In this document: positions 63,301 to 64,000 of the stretch, in pieces | Numbering within the stretch: position 1 is the stretch's first letter | Layout: each line of letters opens with the position of its first letter | Assembly (NCBI GenBank): GCA_964234715.1 | Contig: OZ174278.1 | DNA length: 64,000 bases | DNA from: Podarcis melisellensis | Lineage: Eukaryota | Direction: 5' to 3' (one strand) | The notes under the pieces: model-generated | The model's input: the letters and a program-made list of their open reading frames with translations, nothing else | Database searches by the model: none | What the model was told of the DNA's origin: nothing | Translations under genes and position numbers: made by a program

Positions 63301-64000
63301 TTCCCAAGTTTTTTGAAAGGATAAAGAAATGCTATCTGCATATATTTATTAGTAATTTGTATTCATGGTTTCATTGTGCATTTTGGTAAAAAAATCGTAT
63401 TCCACTTAAGAGATTTTGTTACAGTTTAAGCAGTGTGGAAACGGTCTAAATAAAATAAATGCCTGCTCAAATGTCACCTCTTCCCAAAGCTGTTTTTCTT
63501 TTGGGGCCAGGGGAAGAATAACATAATAAAATGTTAATAAATGTGCTCTAATATACAGATGAAAAAATGTGGACTGTCCCACTGACTAATTTCAATGAAA
63601 AGAACATGTGAGTCAAGGAATTTGCACTGAAGGGATACATTCAAACAGAGAAACTTGCAATACGTGCTTTCTCCTGCTGTTTTAAAAATTGGGGTGATAA
63701 GTGATAAACCCTTCAAGACATTATTGTGAACAAGAATGGAGAACTACCAGGATCTTTCTACATCCTAATGGTGTGAAGTGGGGTATTAGAACATCATCTT
63801 TTGTTCTTCAAACCACCCCCACAAAGTCACAAGAATCATCAAGAAGTGACTTTAGCTATTCTGAGCGCTGTTCAAATACCAGTAGTTAATTACAGTTTTA
63901 CAGATGTCACCCACTGGTGGTGTGGGATTCATTGGGTATATTACACAGTTTGAAATGAAAGCAAGAGCGTCTGTGTTTTGCTTGGAGTCCTTGCCTGAAC

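Overview
Vertebrate genomic DNA from a squamate reptile, most likely a lacertid lizard. This is inferred from three Sauria SINE copies, a BovB 3' end, Squam-type tRNA SINEs and lizard-type MITEs. I could not recognise any protein-coding gene, structural RNA gene or CRISPR array. The window reads as a long intron or intergenic tract; a by-eye G/T excess and a few plausible splice-site pairs weakly favour a + strand host transcript. It is filled with decayed LINEs (L1, L2, CR1, BovB), SINEs, hAT and Tc1/mariner-pogo MITEs, microsatellites, one 143-N gap and several CpG-retaining unique blocks that may be conserved enhancers. The only ORFs with recognisable homology are L1 and L2 ORF2 remnants. 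The most interesting structures are: (1) a BovB insertion carrying an exact 72-bp copy of nearby DNA inside its TSD; (2) a young ~0.8-kb solo terminal repeat of DIRS/Ngaro or LTR type; (3) a triple-nested L1 < Sauria SINE < hAT MITE; (4) a decayed Penelope-type hammerhead; (5) a unique double-hairpin element at ~28.1 kb. I see no convincing novel multi-gene system. Repeat family names come from motif recognition without a database and need RepeatMasker/Dfam confirmation.
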